Origin: a virus
Reading direction: 5' to 3' (one strand)
Virus record (IMG/VR): IMGVR_UViG_3300016484_000187
Location: 1-36,036 of that record
Length of the DNA: 36,036 nt
Both the position numbers and the translations under genes were made by a program. Positions 1 through 8,362 of the stretch are shown in pieces. Position 1 is the first letter of the stretch. Each line of letters starts with the position of its first letter. The notes beneath the pieces were generated by a model, which saw only the letters and a list, made by a program, of their open reading frames with translations, had not been told where the DNA came from and ran no database searches.

Positions 1-22
1 AGAAAACCGCCATACAACTTAG
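1..22. repeat. 22-nt terminal redundancy, identical to 36015..36036. Most likely a circular-assembly overlap.
   Basis: agaaaaccgccatacaacttag occurs at both window ends. The dnaB frame is continuous across the join. Confidence 0.9.
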
Positions 23-1383
23 AGACGGAGCGCGTGGTGCTTGGCACGATGGTATTGTTCGAGCAGAGCATTTTCCGTGTTATGGAAATCATTAACGAGC
101 AGACCTTTTACCACGAGAAACACCGTCGCATCTTTGCAGCCATTGATCGACTATTCAGTAAGCGCGAAGCCGTTGACATGGTTACCGTGACTAAAGAACT
201 GAAAGCAACCAACGAACTGGAAATCGTCGGCATCATGACCGTTTCCGAGTTGTGCAACCGTGTTGGTAGTGATGTTCATATTGAAGCGCATTGCAGAGAG
301 ATTCAGGAATTGGCTATGCGTAGGGAAGTGATACAACAGGCTGACAGGTTGATTAATCGCAGTTATGCTGACAGCGTGGACGTGTTTAACATTCGCGATG
401 ACGTTAAGCAGTTAAACGACTTCCTAATGTCGGAAACCACAAAAGGAAAGCAGGTGGTTTCGGTTGCAGAGGTGGTAAAGGTAGAGCGCGAGGAATATGC
501 TAAGAAAGTTTACGCCCGTGAACATAACCTTCCGACTGGAATCAGCACAGGATTCACCGACATGAATCGTGTGTTTGGTGGATGGCAGCCGTCCGACCTT
601 GTGATACTTGCTGCACGTCCTGCAATGGGTAAGACATCATTAGCGTTAGCATTTGCCCGTAATTCCAACAAACCTGTATTGTTTTTCAGCCTTGAAATGT
701 CCGCGCTGCAACTTACAACGCGCCTAATCGTGATGGAATCATGCGTCAATTCGCACAACTACAAGAATGGATGTCTTACTAAGGATGAACTTCGCAAAGT
801 GGAACAGGCGCGTGGTGTGATAGAATGCCATTTATTACAGATTGAGGACAAAGCAGGAATTGATTGGCAGGAATTACGAAGTAAGGCGTTGAAAGCCGCA
901 CAAGGTGGTGTAGGGTTAATTATTGTGGACTACCTACAACTTGTCAGCGTACCAAACGGACGAAACCGAAACCGTGAAGCGATCATCAGCGAAATTAGCC
1001 GTGAGTTGAAGCGTGTGGCAAAAGACTGCAATGTGCCAGTTGTAGCGTTATCGCAATTGAGCCGTGCGGTAGAATCACGCGGTGAGAAACGACCGCAGCT
1101 ATCCGACCTTCGCGAATCAGGCGCAATCGAACAGGATGCGGATATAGTTATGTTTATTCACCGCGCTGAATACTACGGAGAGACGCAGGATGAGAACGGA
1201 CAAAGCACAGCAGGTAAAGCAGAGGTTATAATTGCAAAGCACCGTAACGGAGAAACTGGAACGGTTGACCTGAATTGGGACGGTGAGCATACTTTGTTCG
1301 TTGATCCAAAAAAGACATACATTAGCAACACGCTAAAACCAAACACGGACTTTATTCACAAGGCAGATGACTTGCCGTTTTAA
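1..1383 (+). CDS. dnaB: Replicative DNA helicase, DnaB family. The 5' end lies at 36006..36036, across the linearisation point.
   Basis: Frame 1 is open from nt 1 and continues the ORF-track ORF 34..1383. Joined N-terminus is MNDRKPPYNLETERVVLG, a DnaB-type N-terminus. Walker A 'ARPAMGKTS', 'LFFSLEMS', Walker B 'IIVDYLQL', 'VVALSQLSR', 'LSDLRESGAIEQDADIVMF'. Confidence 0.9.
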   Translation, partial: RKPPYNLETERVVLGTMVLFEQSIFRVMEIINEQTFYHEKHRRIFAAIDRLFSKREAVDMVTVTKELKATNELEIVGIMTVSELCNRVGSDVHIEAHCREIQELAMRREVIQQADRLINRSYADSVDVFNIRDDVKQLNDFLMSETTKGKQVVSVAEVVKVEREEYAKKVYAREHNLPTGISTGFTDMNRVFGGWQPSDLVILAARPAMGKTSLALAFARNSNKPVLFFSLEMSALQLTTRLIVMESCVNSHNYKNGCLTKDELRKVEQARGVIECHLLQIEDKAGIDWQELRSKALKAAQGGVGLIIVDYLQLVSVPNGRNRNREAIISEISRELKRVAKDCNVPVVALSQLSRAVESRGEKRPQLSDLRESGAIEQDADIVMFIHRAEYYGETQDENGQSTAGKAEVIIAKHRNGETGTVDLNWDGEHTLFVDPKKTYISNTLKPNTDFIHKADDLPF

Positions 1384-1433
1384 CGGTATCACTATTTGCG
1401 TAGTAATTTAAAACCTTAACGATAAATTTTTAA

Positions 1434-1778
1434 ATGGAAACAAAAATTAATAATTGGATAGAACAAGCAAAGTTTTTTGGACTTGATTATGCCACAGCAA
1501 AAGCCACAGTTGGAGCTTATGAATTTGATATAAGATATGATTGTGATGGTATTTATGACAAAGGAAGTAAAAGCATAAGAGACGATATAAAGCCTAATAA
1601 TTGTGGATTAACATTAATGATAAGATACAAGAATAGAGTTATGTATAGTGGCTTTGGTGATACAGTAGATGAATTAAAAAACTTTGCTGAGAAATGGTTA
1701 CGCTCAGAGGTTTTAAATTATTATCGCAAATACTGTGTTATGTTTAGCGAAGCGGAGTTGCGAGGTACGAGCAATTAA
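1434..1778 (+). CDS. Hypothetical protein in an AT-rich islet downstream of dnaB
   Basis: 114-aa ORF. Composition is visibly more AT-rich than the flanking genes. No motif recognised. Confidence 0.6.
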   Translation: METKINNWIEQAKFFGLDYATAKATVGAYEFDIRYDCDGIYDKGSKSIRDDIKPNNCGLTLMIRYKNRVMYSGFGDTVDELKNFAEKWLRSEVLNYYRKYCVMFSEAELRGTSN

Positions 1779-1824
1779 ACATAACTCGTAAATACACGCA
1801 ACTCATTGCGCACATCCCTCAACC

Positions 1825-1995
1825 ATGAGCAAAAGAGCAGAACTTCACAAGGAGTATTACAAGCAATTCGGAACGCGCAAAGGTAGCTACAAAGTCTTCG
1901 AGCATTACGTTAAATGGCTCGAAGATAAAGTTCTCGAATTGAGAACGGAGAAAGAAAAAATACAAGCAATCAAAGTATTTACAACAGCCTGTTAA
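1825..1995 (+). CDS. Small hypothetical protein (56 aa), paralogous at its C-terminus to 2063..2368. Absent from the ORF track.
   Basis: Hand translation: MSKRAELHKEYYKQFGTRKGSYKVFEHYVKWLEDKVLELRTEKEKIQAIKVFTTAC*. It shares 'aaccATGAGCAA', the C-terminal KVFTTAC* and the downstream DNA with the next gene. It lies on the same strand as all other genes. Confidence 0.55.
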   Translation: MSKRAELHKEYYKQFGTRKGSYKVFEHYVKWLEDKVLELRTEKEKIQAIKVFTTAC

Positions 1996-2062
1996 AACCA
2001 TGAGAATAGAAACGATTAACCAAAACCAAAGACAAACGATTTACCTTTTTAATAACTAAACC

Positions 2063-2368
2063 ATGAGCAAGTGTAAAAAAGTGTATTTTGCAAACGAAAA
2101 AAGCGCAGAATACTATATAGATAAACTTAATAAAACTTCATCCCGAAAGGTTAAGCCAGTACGCGCATATCTGTGCGAAAGGTGTTTGAATTGGCATTTA
2201 ACAAGCATTATCAGCGAGGAGAGAAAACAGATAATTTACAAGGATAGGCAGATAGCTAACCTTAAAGCCAAAGTGCAGCACTTAGAAAATGAAGTTAAAA
2301 GGCTGACTAATAAAGGTAATAGCAAAACAACAGACCAAGCAACCAAAGTATTTACAACAGCCTGTTAA
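2063..2368 (+). CDS. Small Cys-containing protein with a C-terminal coiled coil
   Basis: 'YLCERCLNWHLTS' is a Cys pair followed by WHLTS, then a heptad-like 'LKAKVQHLENEVKRL'. The protein ends KVFTTAC* like 1825..1995. Confidence 0.6.
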   Translation: MSKCKKVYFANEKSAEYYIDKLNKTSSRKVKPVRAYLCERCLNWHLTSIISEERKQIIYKDRQIANLKAKVQHLENEVKRLTNKGNSKTTDQATKVFTTAC

Positions 2369-2419
2369 ACCATAAAAAAACAAACGATTTACCATTTTAA
2401 CAAATAAAACCAAACAAAA

Positions 2420-2923
2420 ATGAAAGCAACAGATTCACAGAAATTCATGTCTGCATTACAGGCATCAGTACACAACGTGTTCGGATTAACATTCGACGAA
2501 ATAAAAGGCAAAACGCGATTAGGCGAAATAGTGTTGGTTCGTCAATTGGTGATGGGCATACTACGGGAGCATACTATGTTGTCCTTAGTATCAATCGGGC
2601 AAATAGTTAACCGTAACCACGCCACAGTCATTCACGCAATGCGTAGGCATAACAATCGACACAATACAAAGGCTGATCTTAGATACGCGGAAGCATACAG
2701 AACGCTAATGGCTGATTTGTCGCCAAAGTTGGATATGTACGCAGCAGCCGACACACCAGAACTTCGCCTTTGCTTTGTTGGTTATGAAATTGACCAGTTG
2801 TGGAAGTTGTACGAGTTGTGCAAACAAGCAGGTGATGAAGTCAATATGGAGTTGATCGAAATACACATCAAAGCAACGCAGGAACGGATGAGAGTAATTG
2901 ATTCTTTTATGTGTGTTAACTGA
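2420..2923 (+). CDS. DNA-binding protein similar to the DnaA C-terminal domain (domain IV HTH)
   Basis: 'IVLVRQLVMGILREHTMLSLVSIGQIVNRNHATVIHAMRR' matches the DnaA domain IV pattern (R-Q-hydrophobic...SL..IG...DH-T-V-IHA). There is no AAA+ domain. Confidence 0.55.
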   Translation: MKATDSQKFMSALQASVHNVFGLTFDEIKGKTRLGEIVLVRQLVMGILREHTMLSLVSIGQIVNRNHATVIHAMRRHNNRHNTKADLRYAEAYRTLMADLSPKLDMYAAADTPELRLCFVGYEIDQLWKLYELCKQAGDEVNMELIEIHIKATQERMRVIDSFMCVN

Positions 2924-2956
2924 TGTCAATAAATAATATCTAAACGATTTGCGAAT

Positions 2957-3508
2957 GTGCGTAAATTGCAGTCCGTGAACAGAGAACAGATCATCACGGA
3001 GTTGTACAACAGTAAGGAGTTGCGGTCAGCAATAAAGGCTTACTGTCGCACATTCGCAGCCCGTGAAGATTTGTTGCACCTTGTCATTGAGCGTGTTTGT
3101 GCTTTGCCAGAGGAAAACATTTTTAACCTGTATCAAAACGGCAAACTAAAACACTACGCATTTATCACAATGGTGCGTGAGGTGATGCTACCACGATCAA
3201 ACTTTAACAAACAGAATTTTCCTACCTACGAATTTATTGATGACCTTGAATTGGACGTTGTGGATGAGCAAACGGAGCGTGTTGGTCTCGATCCTGAATT
3301 GATACATGAGTTTAAGGCGTTTTGTGATGAGAATAAAACTAATCCCGAACTTAGTTTACAGTCATTGGTGACATTGGAGTACATGGAGTACGAACCGATT
3401 AAGAAACGCAGCTATCGCGATTTTCAGAAGAAAACAGGCATACATTATTCGTCAGCGTGTGTTTACGTGCGGACGATGGTCAAAGAATTTAATAAAACCA
3501 AGCAATGA
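2957..3508 (+). CDS. Putative sigma-70/ECF-like transcription factor. The GTG start is uncertain.
   Basis: Region-2-like 'AREDLLHLVIERVCAL...LKHYAFITMVREVMLPRSN'. C-terminal HTH-like 'RSYRDFQKKTGIHYSSACVYVRTMVKEF'. There is no ATG near the ORF start. Confidence 0.4.
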   Translation: MRKLQSVNREQIITELYNSKELRSAIKAYCRTFAAREDLLHLVIERVCALPEENIFNLYQNGKLKHYAFITMVREVMLPRSNFNKQNFPTYEFIDDLELDVVDEQTERVGLDPELIHEFKAFCDENKTNPELSLQSLVTLEYMEYEPIKKRSYRDFQKKTGIHYSSACVYVRTMVKEFNKTKQ

Positions 3509-4668
3509 AAGTAACCGTATTAACCAACGGATTCGGCAAAGACCGTGAATTGATCGCAAACGGTATGGACTTATATCGTCTTTATATGCCGTATTGCCGA
3601 ATTGATGGAGCGCAAATAGCATCGAAGCATGACATCCTTAATTCGCCATTAGATAGCGATGTGTACGTCATTAACCGAGCGCATCCGATTGAATTGTTTA
3701 CCAAGATTAAAGAGGCGGGTAAAAAGATCATCCTTGACATTGACGATTACTGGAAAATACCAACGTGGCATCAACTACACCACAAATCAATTAAAGGTAG
3801 AATAGAACACGCGACAAACCTTAAAAACGATGAAGCGGTGCGATACTTTACGCATCAGTTAAAAGAGGTCAGCGAGTGGGAGAAACAAACAAAGGAAGTC
3901 GTTAAAATAGTTGATGCGGTTACTTGCTCAACAGAAACCTTAGCGCGTCACATTAAAAACGAATACGGCATTGACGCGACAGTTGTACCTAACACTATTG
4001 ATCCAAACATCACAAAGTTTAGCACGAACAAACAGCCATCAAGATTTACGCGATTTGGATTTATAGCAGGTATGTACCGCGAACGTGATGCAGCGTTAAT
4101 GTTTAACGGTGTTCGTTCTGCTTACCAGAATAAGCATATTCGCTCAAAAGTGCAATTCGTAAACAGCTTTAACCTACATCCATCATTTACGGAAGTGGAG
4201 CGAATGTTTACGTTTAACTACACGCAACTTCCTGACTTTTATCGCGATTACTTAAAGTCATTTGTGCGTGAAGGTAATCACATAGGGAATCAACAGTTTT
4301 ACAAACGACTATGGGCAAAAGACGCGATTGACTACGGTGTGATGTATGAGGAAGTGGACGTGGCGTTGATTCCAATGGAACACGGGGTATTCAATAGCTG
4401 TAAGTCCGAATTGAAGTTGATCGAGGCAGGATGGACAAAATGCGCTGCAATAGTTAGCAATGTTTTACCGTATGCTCCGCATTTGAAGCACAACGCAAAT
4501 GCATTAGTCTGCAATGACAAAGAGGGATGGTTCACAGCAATATTGCGCCTAACAAATGATAAAGAATTGCGCGAACGGTTAGCAAACAATTTGCACGACT
4601 ATGTACGGGAGCATTTTAATCAAAATAAAGCACACAAAAAAGTAACACAAGTACTAAACGCATTATGA
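3505..4668 (+). CDS. Glycosyltransferase, GT-B fold (GT1/GT4-like)
   Basis: 'VDAVTCSTETLARHIKNEYGIDATVVPNTIDP' and the C-terminal 'FNSCKSELKLIEAGWTKCAAIVSN' resemble the GT4 donor-binding region. ATGA overlap with the upstream gene. Confidence 0.55.
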   Translation: MKVTVLTNGFGKDRELIANGMDLYRLYMPYCRIDGAQIASKHDILNSPLDSDVYVINRAHPIELFTKIKEAGKKIILDIDDYWKIPTWHQLHHKSIKGRIEHATNLKNDEAVRYFTHQLKEVSEWEKQTKEVVKIVDAVTCSTETLARHIKNEYGIDATVVPNTIDPNITKFSTNKQPSRFTRFGFIAGMYRERDAALMFNGVRSAYQNKHIRSKVQFVNSFNLHPSFTEVERMFTFNYTQLPDFYRDYLKSFVREGNHIGNQQFYKRLWAKDAIDYGVMYEEVDVALIPMEHGVFNSCKSELKLIEAGWTKCAAIVSNVLPYAPHLKHNANALVCNDKEGWFTAILRLTNDKELRERLANNLHDYVREHFNQNKAHKKVTQVLNAL

Positions 4669-5321
4669 TAGGGATAGGAGTAACGGGATGCAATCGACCT
4701 GAACACGTACAGTTGACGATTGACCAAATTGAGAAGTACACACAATCACCGTACAAATTGCACGTAAGCATTGACACGGAAAAGAAAGGCGTGGCATGGA
4801 ATAAGAACCAATGTTTGGAAGCGTTAAAGGATTGCGATCATATATTCCTGTTTGACGATGACGCTTTTCCACGAGCAAAGGAATGGGAATTGTTTTTTAT
4901 CGAAGCAGCGCAAATGGCTAACATTGGTCACTTTATCTACCAACACGAAACCATCGACGTGCGACTAATTAAAGCGATTGAGCCTAATATCGGAATATAC
5001 AATAACAGCAACGGCTGCATGATGTACTTCACGCGTGAATGTTTGGATAAGGTCGGAATGTTTGATGAGAAGTTTGGTGTGTATGGGTTTGAACACGCGG
5101 ACATGAGCATGAGAGCGCATTTGGAAGGTTGCAGCCCATCACCGTTTGTTTGTCCGTTGGGATCAGCGCAATACATTTATTCATTAGACATTGACAATTA
5201 CCTGCAATATGAAATCGAACATCGTCCGACATTATTTCCCAACGAAATAAAACACGCGGTTGAGGTAAGCCGTGAACGTTGGCAGCAAAAGGTAGAGCAA
5301 TCTAAAAACGACCAAAAATGA
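4665..5321 (+). CDS. Glycosyltransferase family 2-like (GT-A fold)
   Basis: 'GIGVTGCNRPEHV', DxD 'FLFDDDAFP', 'MMYFTRECLDKVGMFDEKFGVYGFEHADMSMR' (GT2-type ED-like motif). Confidence 0.6.
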   Translation: MIGIGVTGCNRPEHVQLTIDQIEKYTQSPYKLHVSIDTEKKGVAWNKNQCLEALKDCDHIFLFDDDAFPRAKEWELFFIEAAQMANIGHFIYQHETIDVRLIKAIEPNIGIYNNSNGCMMYFTRECLDKVGMFDEKFGVYGFEHADMSMRAHLEGCSPSPFVCPLGSAQYIYSLDIDNYLQYEIEHRPTLFPNEIKHAVEVSRERWQQKVEQSKNDQK

Positions 5322-5986
5322 GAATACTTTACAAATACGCATCGCGTTCACGTCCGGACAAGTTCCGTCGTGGATTGGAAAGCATAGCACAAAATTCAGT
5401 TAGCGATAACTACGTAATACTGGCTACATTAGACAGCGACGATCCAACTATTGAGCAATACCGTAAAGAATTACGCGAATGCAGCATAGCATCGCAGGTA
5501 ATTGCAACAGTCGCAACATCAAAGAACAAGATCGACGCGATTAACCGTGACTTAAATGTGGTTCAGGACTGGGATATTTTAGTTAATATGTCCGACGATA
5601 TGGTGTTCACCGCGCAAGGCTTTGATGAGGTAATACGATCAGCGTTTGGGGGTAACACGGATTTGTTCGTGCATTTCAGCGACGGCTACCAAAAGTCAAA
5701 CATCAGCACGATGTCAATAATTGGCCGCAAATACTTCGAGCGTGACGGCTACATTTACCATCCCGACTACAAGAGCCTATGGTGTGACGTAGAAGCAACG
5801 GAGGTGGCTAAATTACGCGGATGCTACAAATACATGGGTGACGACGTGAATATACTCACACACTTACACGTTGCATGGGGTAAGGCTGAATGGGATGACT
5901 TATACAAGCGTAACGAGAATCCTGCCATGTGGAGTCATGATGAAAAACTGTATCACGAACGTAAAGCACGTAACTATGAATTATAG
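5318..5986 (+). CDS. Putative GT-A-like glycosyltransferase, weakly supported
   Basis: 'ATLDSDDP' and 'VNMSDDMVF' are acidic motifs in a roughly 220-aa ORF embedded in the GT cluster. ATGA overlap upstream. Confidence 0.35.
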   Translation: MRILYKYASRSRPDKFRRGLESIAQNSVSDNYVILATLDSDDPTIEQYRKELRECSIASQVIATVATSKNKIDAINRDLNVVQDWDILVNMSDDMVFTAQGFDEVIRSAFGGNTDLFVHFSDGYQKSNISTMSIIGRKYFERDGYIYHPDYKSLWCDVEATEVAKLRGCYKYMGDDVNILTHLHVAWGKAEWDDLYKRNENPAMWSHDEKLYHERKARNYEL

Positions 5987-6581
5987 CCAAAACAACGAAC
6001 AGGAAATAATTGCCAACTACTTTCAAGGTAAGAAGGGCATTTTACTTGACATCGGAGCAAATGATGGTGTTACATTCAGCAACAGCCGTCACCTACTGCT
6101 TAATGGTTGGTCTGGTTGTTTGGTCGAGCCATCGCCATCGTGCGTTAAAAAACTGCTACAACTTTACAAAGATCGCAAAGACGTATCTGTATTTGATGTG
6201 GCAATAGTTAATCAAGATTACAATAAGACATCAATATATTTGCACGTAAATGATCCTCACATTCCAAACGATGACAGTCTATTAAGCACAACGGTAGAAA
6301 CGGAAATAAACAGGTGGAATGGCATAAAGTTTAAGAAAGTCAAAGTAGAGGCAATGAATTATAATGAGTTGTTTGCAGGTTTGCGTTTTGACTTTATTAC
6401 CATCGATGCGGAGGGTATGGATTTATCAATCCTACAACAGATCGACCTTAACGCGTCACAAACGCAAATGGTATGCGTGGAGTACAACGGTGTCAATCCA
6501 GAGCAATACATAGCACATTGCACAAAATACGGCTTAACAGAAATCCACCGAAATGCTGAAAACTTAATTTTTGCACGATGA
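5976..6581 (+). CDS. FkbM-family SAM-dependent methyltransferase
   Basis: 'ILLDIGANDGVTFSNSRHLL..GWSGCLVEPSP' and 'FDFITIDAEGMDLSILQ'. The start is moved to the internal ATG at 5976, because the track start 5871 lies inside the previous gene. Confidence 0.65.
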   Translation: MNYSQNNEQEIIANYFQGKKGILLDIGANDGVTFSNSRHLLLNGWSGCLVEPSPSCVKKLLQLYKDRKDVSVFDVAIVNQDYNKTSIYLHVNDPHIPNDDSLLSTTVETEINRWNGIKFKKVKVEAMNYNELFAGLRFDFITIDAEGMDLSILQQIDLNASQTQMVCVEYNGVNPEQYIAHCTKYGLTEIHRNAENLIFAR

Positions 6582-7192
6582 ACATACAACCAGTATACAG
6601 CACATTTGAGGTGCTAAACCTTACAGGAGAAGTAACCCGTGACGTGTTAACACGAAAAGTTAAAGGCGTACTAATTGAGTGCGGAGTGGCAGCAGGTTCA
6701 CAAATAGCCATGATGCAACAAACACAGTTAGAGTTAGGTCAACACAGAATTATATACGGCTTTGATTCATTTGAAGGTATACCATACGCAACCGAACACG
6801 ATGCTGAACAGCCAGGTATTGGTGAGATTGACAAAACGAAGTTAGGTGCTTTGGAAACAACAGGCGTAAGTTCACACAGCGTAGAAACCGTAATGTACAA
6901 CTTTAATCGGTACGGTTTACCAACTGACAACCTCAATTTGATCAAAGGATGGTTTGAGGACACGGTAGAACAACACGCCAAAGATATTGATAAGATTGCA
7001 TTCCTACGTTTAGACGGTGATTTATACCGTTCAACTAAAGTATGTATGCAACATCTGTTTCCGAAGTTATCAAAGGGCGGTGTGCTAATAATTGACGATT
7101 ACCAATTGTCAGGATGCGCCAAAGCGGTACACGAATTTATTAAACCTGAAAAAGTAACAATTAAACACGGTGTAGGATATTATGTCAAGTGA
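6578..7192 (+). CDS. TylF/MycF-like (macrocin-O-methyltransferase family) class I methyltransferase
   Basis: 'GVLIECGVAAGS', 'FDSFEGIP', 'IKGWFEDT', 'IAFLRLDGDLYRSTKVCMQHLFPKLSKGGVLIIDDY'. Confidence 0.7.
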   Translation: MNIQPVYSTFEVLNLTGEVTRDVLTRKVKGVLIECGVAAGSQIAMMQQTQLELGQHRIIYGFDSFEGIPYATEHDAEQPGIGEIDKTKLGALETTGVSSHSVETVMYNFNRYGLPTDNLNLIKGWFEDTVEQHAKDIDKIAFLRLDGDLYRSTKVCMQHLFPKLSKGGVLIIDDYQLSGCAKAVHEFIKPEKVTIKHGVGYYVK

Positions 7193-7784
7193 AAAACTAT
7201 CCATATTAATTCCAACGATTCCTGAACGTAGTCATCTGTTTGGTGATCTTTACGCTAAACTTCGCACACAAATTGAGAAGCTACCTGTTGCATTGGGCGG
7301 TGTAGAGATATACTACCTTGAAACGCCTAAATTTATTTATGGTGGATTAAGTGTAGGTAAAAAGCGTGAAGCACTTATTAATATGTCTAAGGGCGAATAT
7401 CTTTGCTTTGTTGATGACGATGAAACTATCGCACCAAACTATATTGAGCAATTGGTAAGACTATGCAACATAGGAGCGGACATTGTTACGTTCAAATCAA
7501 TATTTAAGTGCGACTATTATTGGGGTGTTGCCAACATGAGTCTACACCATCCTATAAATGAACAGGCTACACCTTACGGTGAGTTCAAACGCAGACCGTT
7601 TCACATTTGCCCAGTCAAAACAAGCATAGCGCAACGATGCAAATTGCCCGACATCAATAATGCGGAGGATTGGGCGTACATGGAGCAGGTTTTACCGCAA
7701 TGCACAACCGAAATACACACCGAGCAAATACTACATCAATACAACCATAGTGCCAACTTATCGGAAGTAGATCGTATAGCATGA
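7182..7784 (+). CDS. Glycosyltransferase family 2-like
   Basis: 'KLSILIPTIPERSHLF', DxD 'CFVDDDETI', 'NNAEDWAY'. Paralogous to the next ORF. Confidence 0.6.
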   Translation: MSSEKLSILIPTIPERSHLFGDLYAKLRTQIEKLPVALGGVEIYYLETPKFIYGGLSVGKKREALINMSKGEYLCFVDDDETIAPNYIEQLVRLCNIGADIVTFKSIFKCDYYWGVANMSLHHPINEQATPYGEFKRRPFHICPVKTSIAQRCKLPDINNAEDWAYMEQVLPQCTTEIHTEQILHQYNHSANLSEVDRIA

Positions 7785-8362
7785 AGTCCCTGTCAATCCT
7801 AATTCCGTCTTTACACAAGCGTCGCAGTTCATTAGATAGGCTGCTGCGTTCGTTGTACGCTCAAATACTTGCGCTGCCATCTGATCACGCTGCGTTGGTT
7901 GAGGTTATTACTGACGTGGATAACAAAGAGGTGACAACAGGCGAGAAACGGAACAGGCTGTTGAATCGTGCGTTAAAGGATTATGTAGTATTTATCGACG
8001 ATGACGATCAGGTTTATCCGAACTACGTCAAATCAATACTTGAAGCTATCCAAACAGGCGTTGACTGCGTAGCAACGTGCGGACATTACAGCGAGAATGG
8101 TGGAGCGTTAATACTTTGGAAGCTATCTAAAAGTTTTCAAAATGAGAACAAACACGATGGGCAGCGTTTGGTGTTTTATCGTAAGGCTAACCACCTAACA
8201 CCAGTTAAGCGTGAGTTAGCATTAAAGGCTAAATTTCCGCACATCAGCAATGCAGAAGATAAAGCATACAGCGAAGCATTAAATCCTTACCTTAACACCG
8301 AAACAGAAATAACAGAACCAATTTATCACTATGCTTATCTCACGTACAACAAGGAATACTGA
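7781..8362 (+). CDS. Glycosyltransferase family 2-like
   Basis: 'SLSILIPSLHKRRSSLDRLL', DxD 'VFIDDDDQV', 'SNAEDKAY'. Confidence 0.6.
   Translation: MKSLSILIPSLHKRRSSLDRLLRSLYAQILALPSDHAALVEVITDVDNKEVTTGEKRNRLLNRALKDYVVFIDDDDQVYPNYVKSILEAIQTGVDCVATCGHYSENGGALILWKLSKSFQNENKHDGQRLVFYRKANHLTPVKRELALKAKFPHISNAEDKAYSEALNPYLNTETEITEPIYHYAYLTYNKEY

Noticed and set aside
1-22. The 22-nt identical ends as true direct terminal repeats or cos ends.
   Set aside because: The repeat falls in the middle of the dnaB coding sequence and is k-mer sized, which is typical of an assembler circularisation overlap. Physical termini cannot be inferred from it.
1819-2001. Minus-strand 60-aa ORF in the gap between 1778 and 2063.
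   Set aside because: The + strand 56-aa ORF 1825..1995 fits better. It shares its start context, its C-terminal peptide and its downstream DNA with the neighbouring + strand gene.
5871-5975. Long N-terminal extensions of track ORFs: 5871 for the FkbM gene, 32746 for the exonuclease, 27100 for the 85-aa ORF, and TTG 34158 for the DUF6291-like gene.
   Set aside because: The extensions overlap the preceding gene in another frame or rely on a non-ATG start. The recognisable domains begin at internal ATGs (5976, 32890, 27259, 34239).
6010-6207. Nested + strand ORFs in alternative frames: 6010..6207, 25699..25914, 32568..32768 and 34489..34785.
   Set aside because: They lie fully inside well-supported genes and have no independent start context and no motifs. 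34489..34785 is an alternative-frame reading of the short-repeat region.
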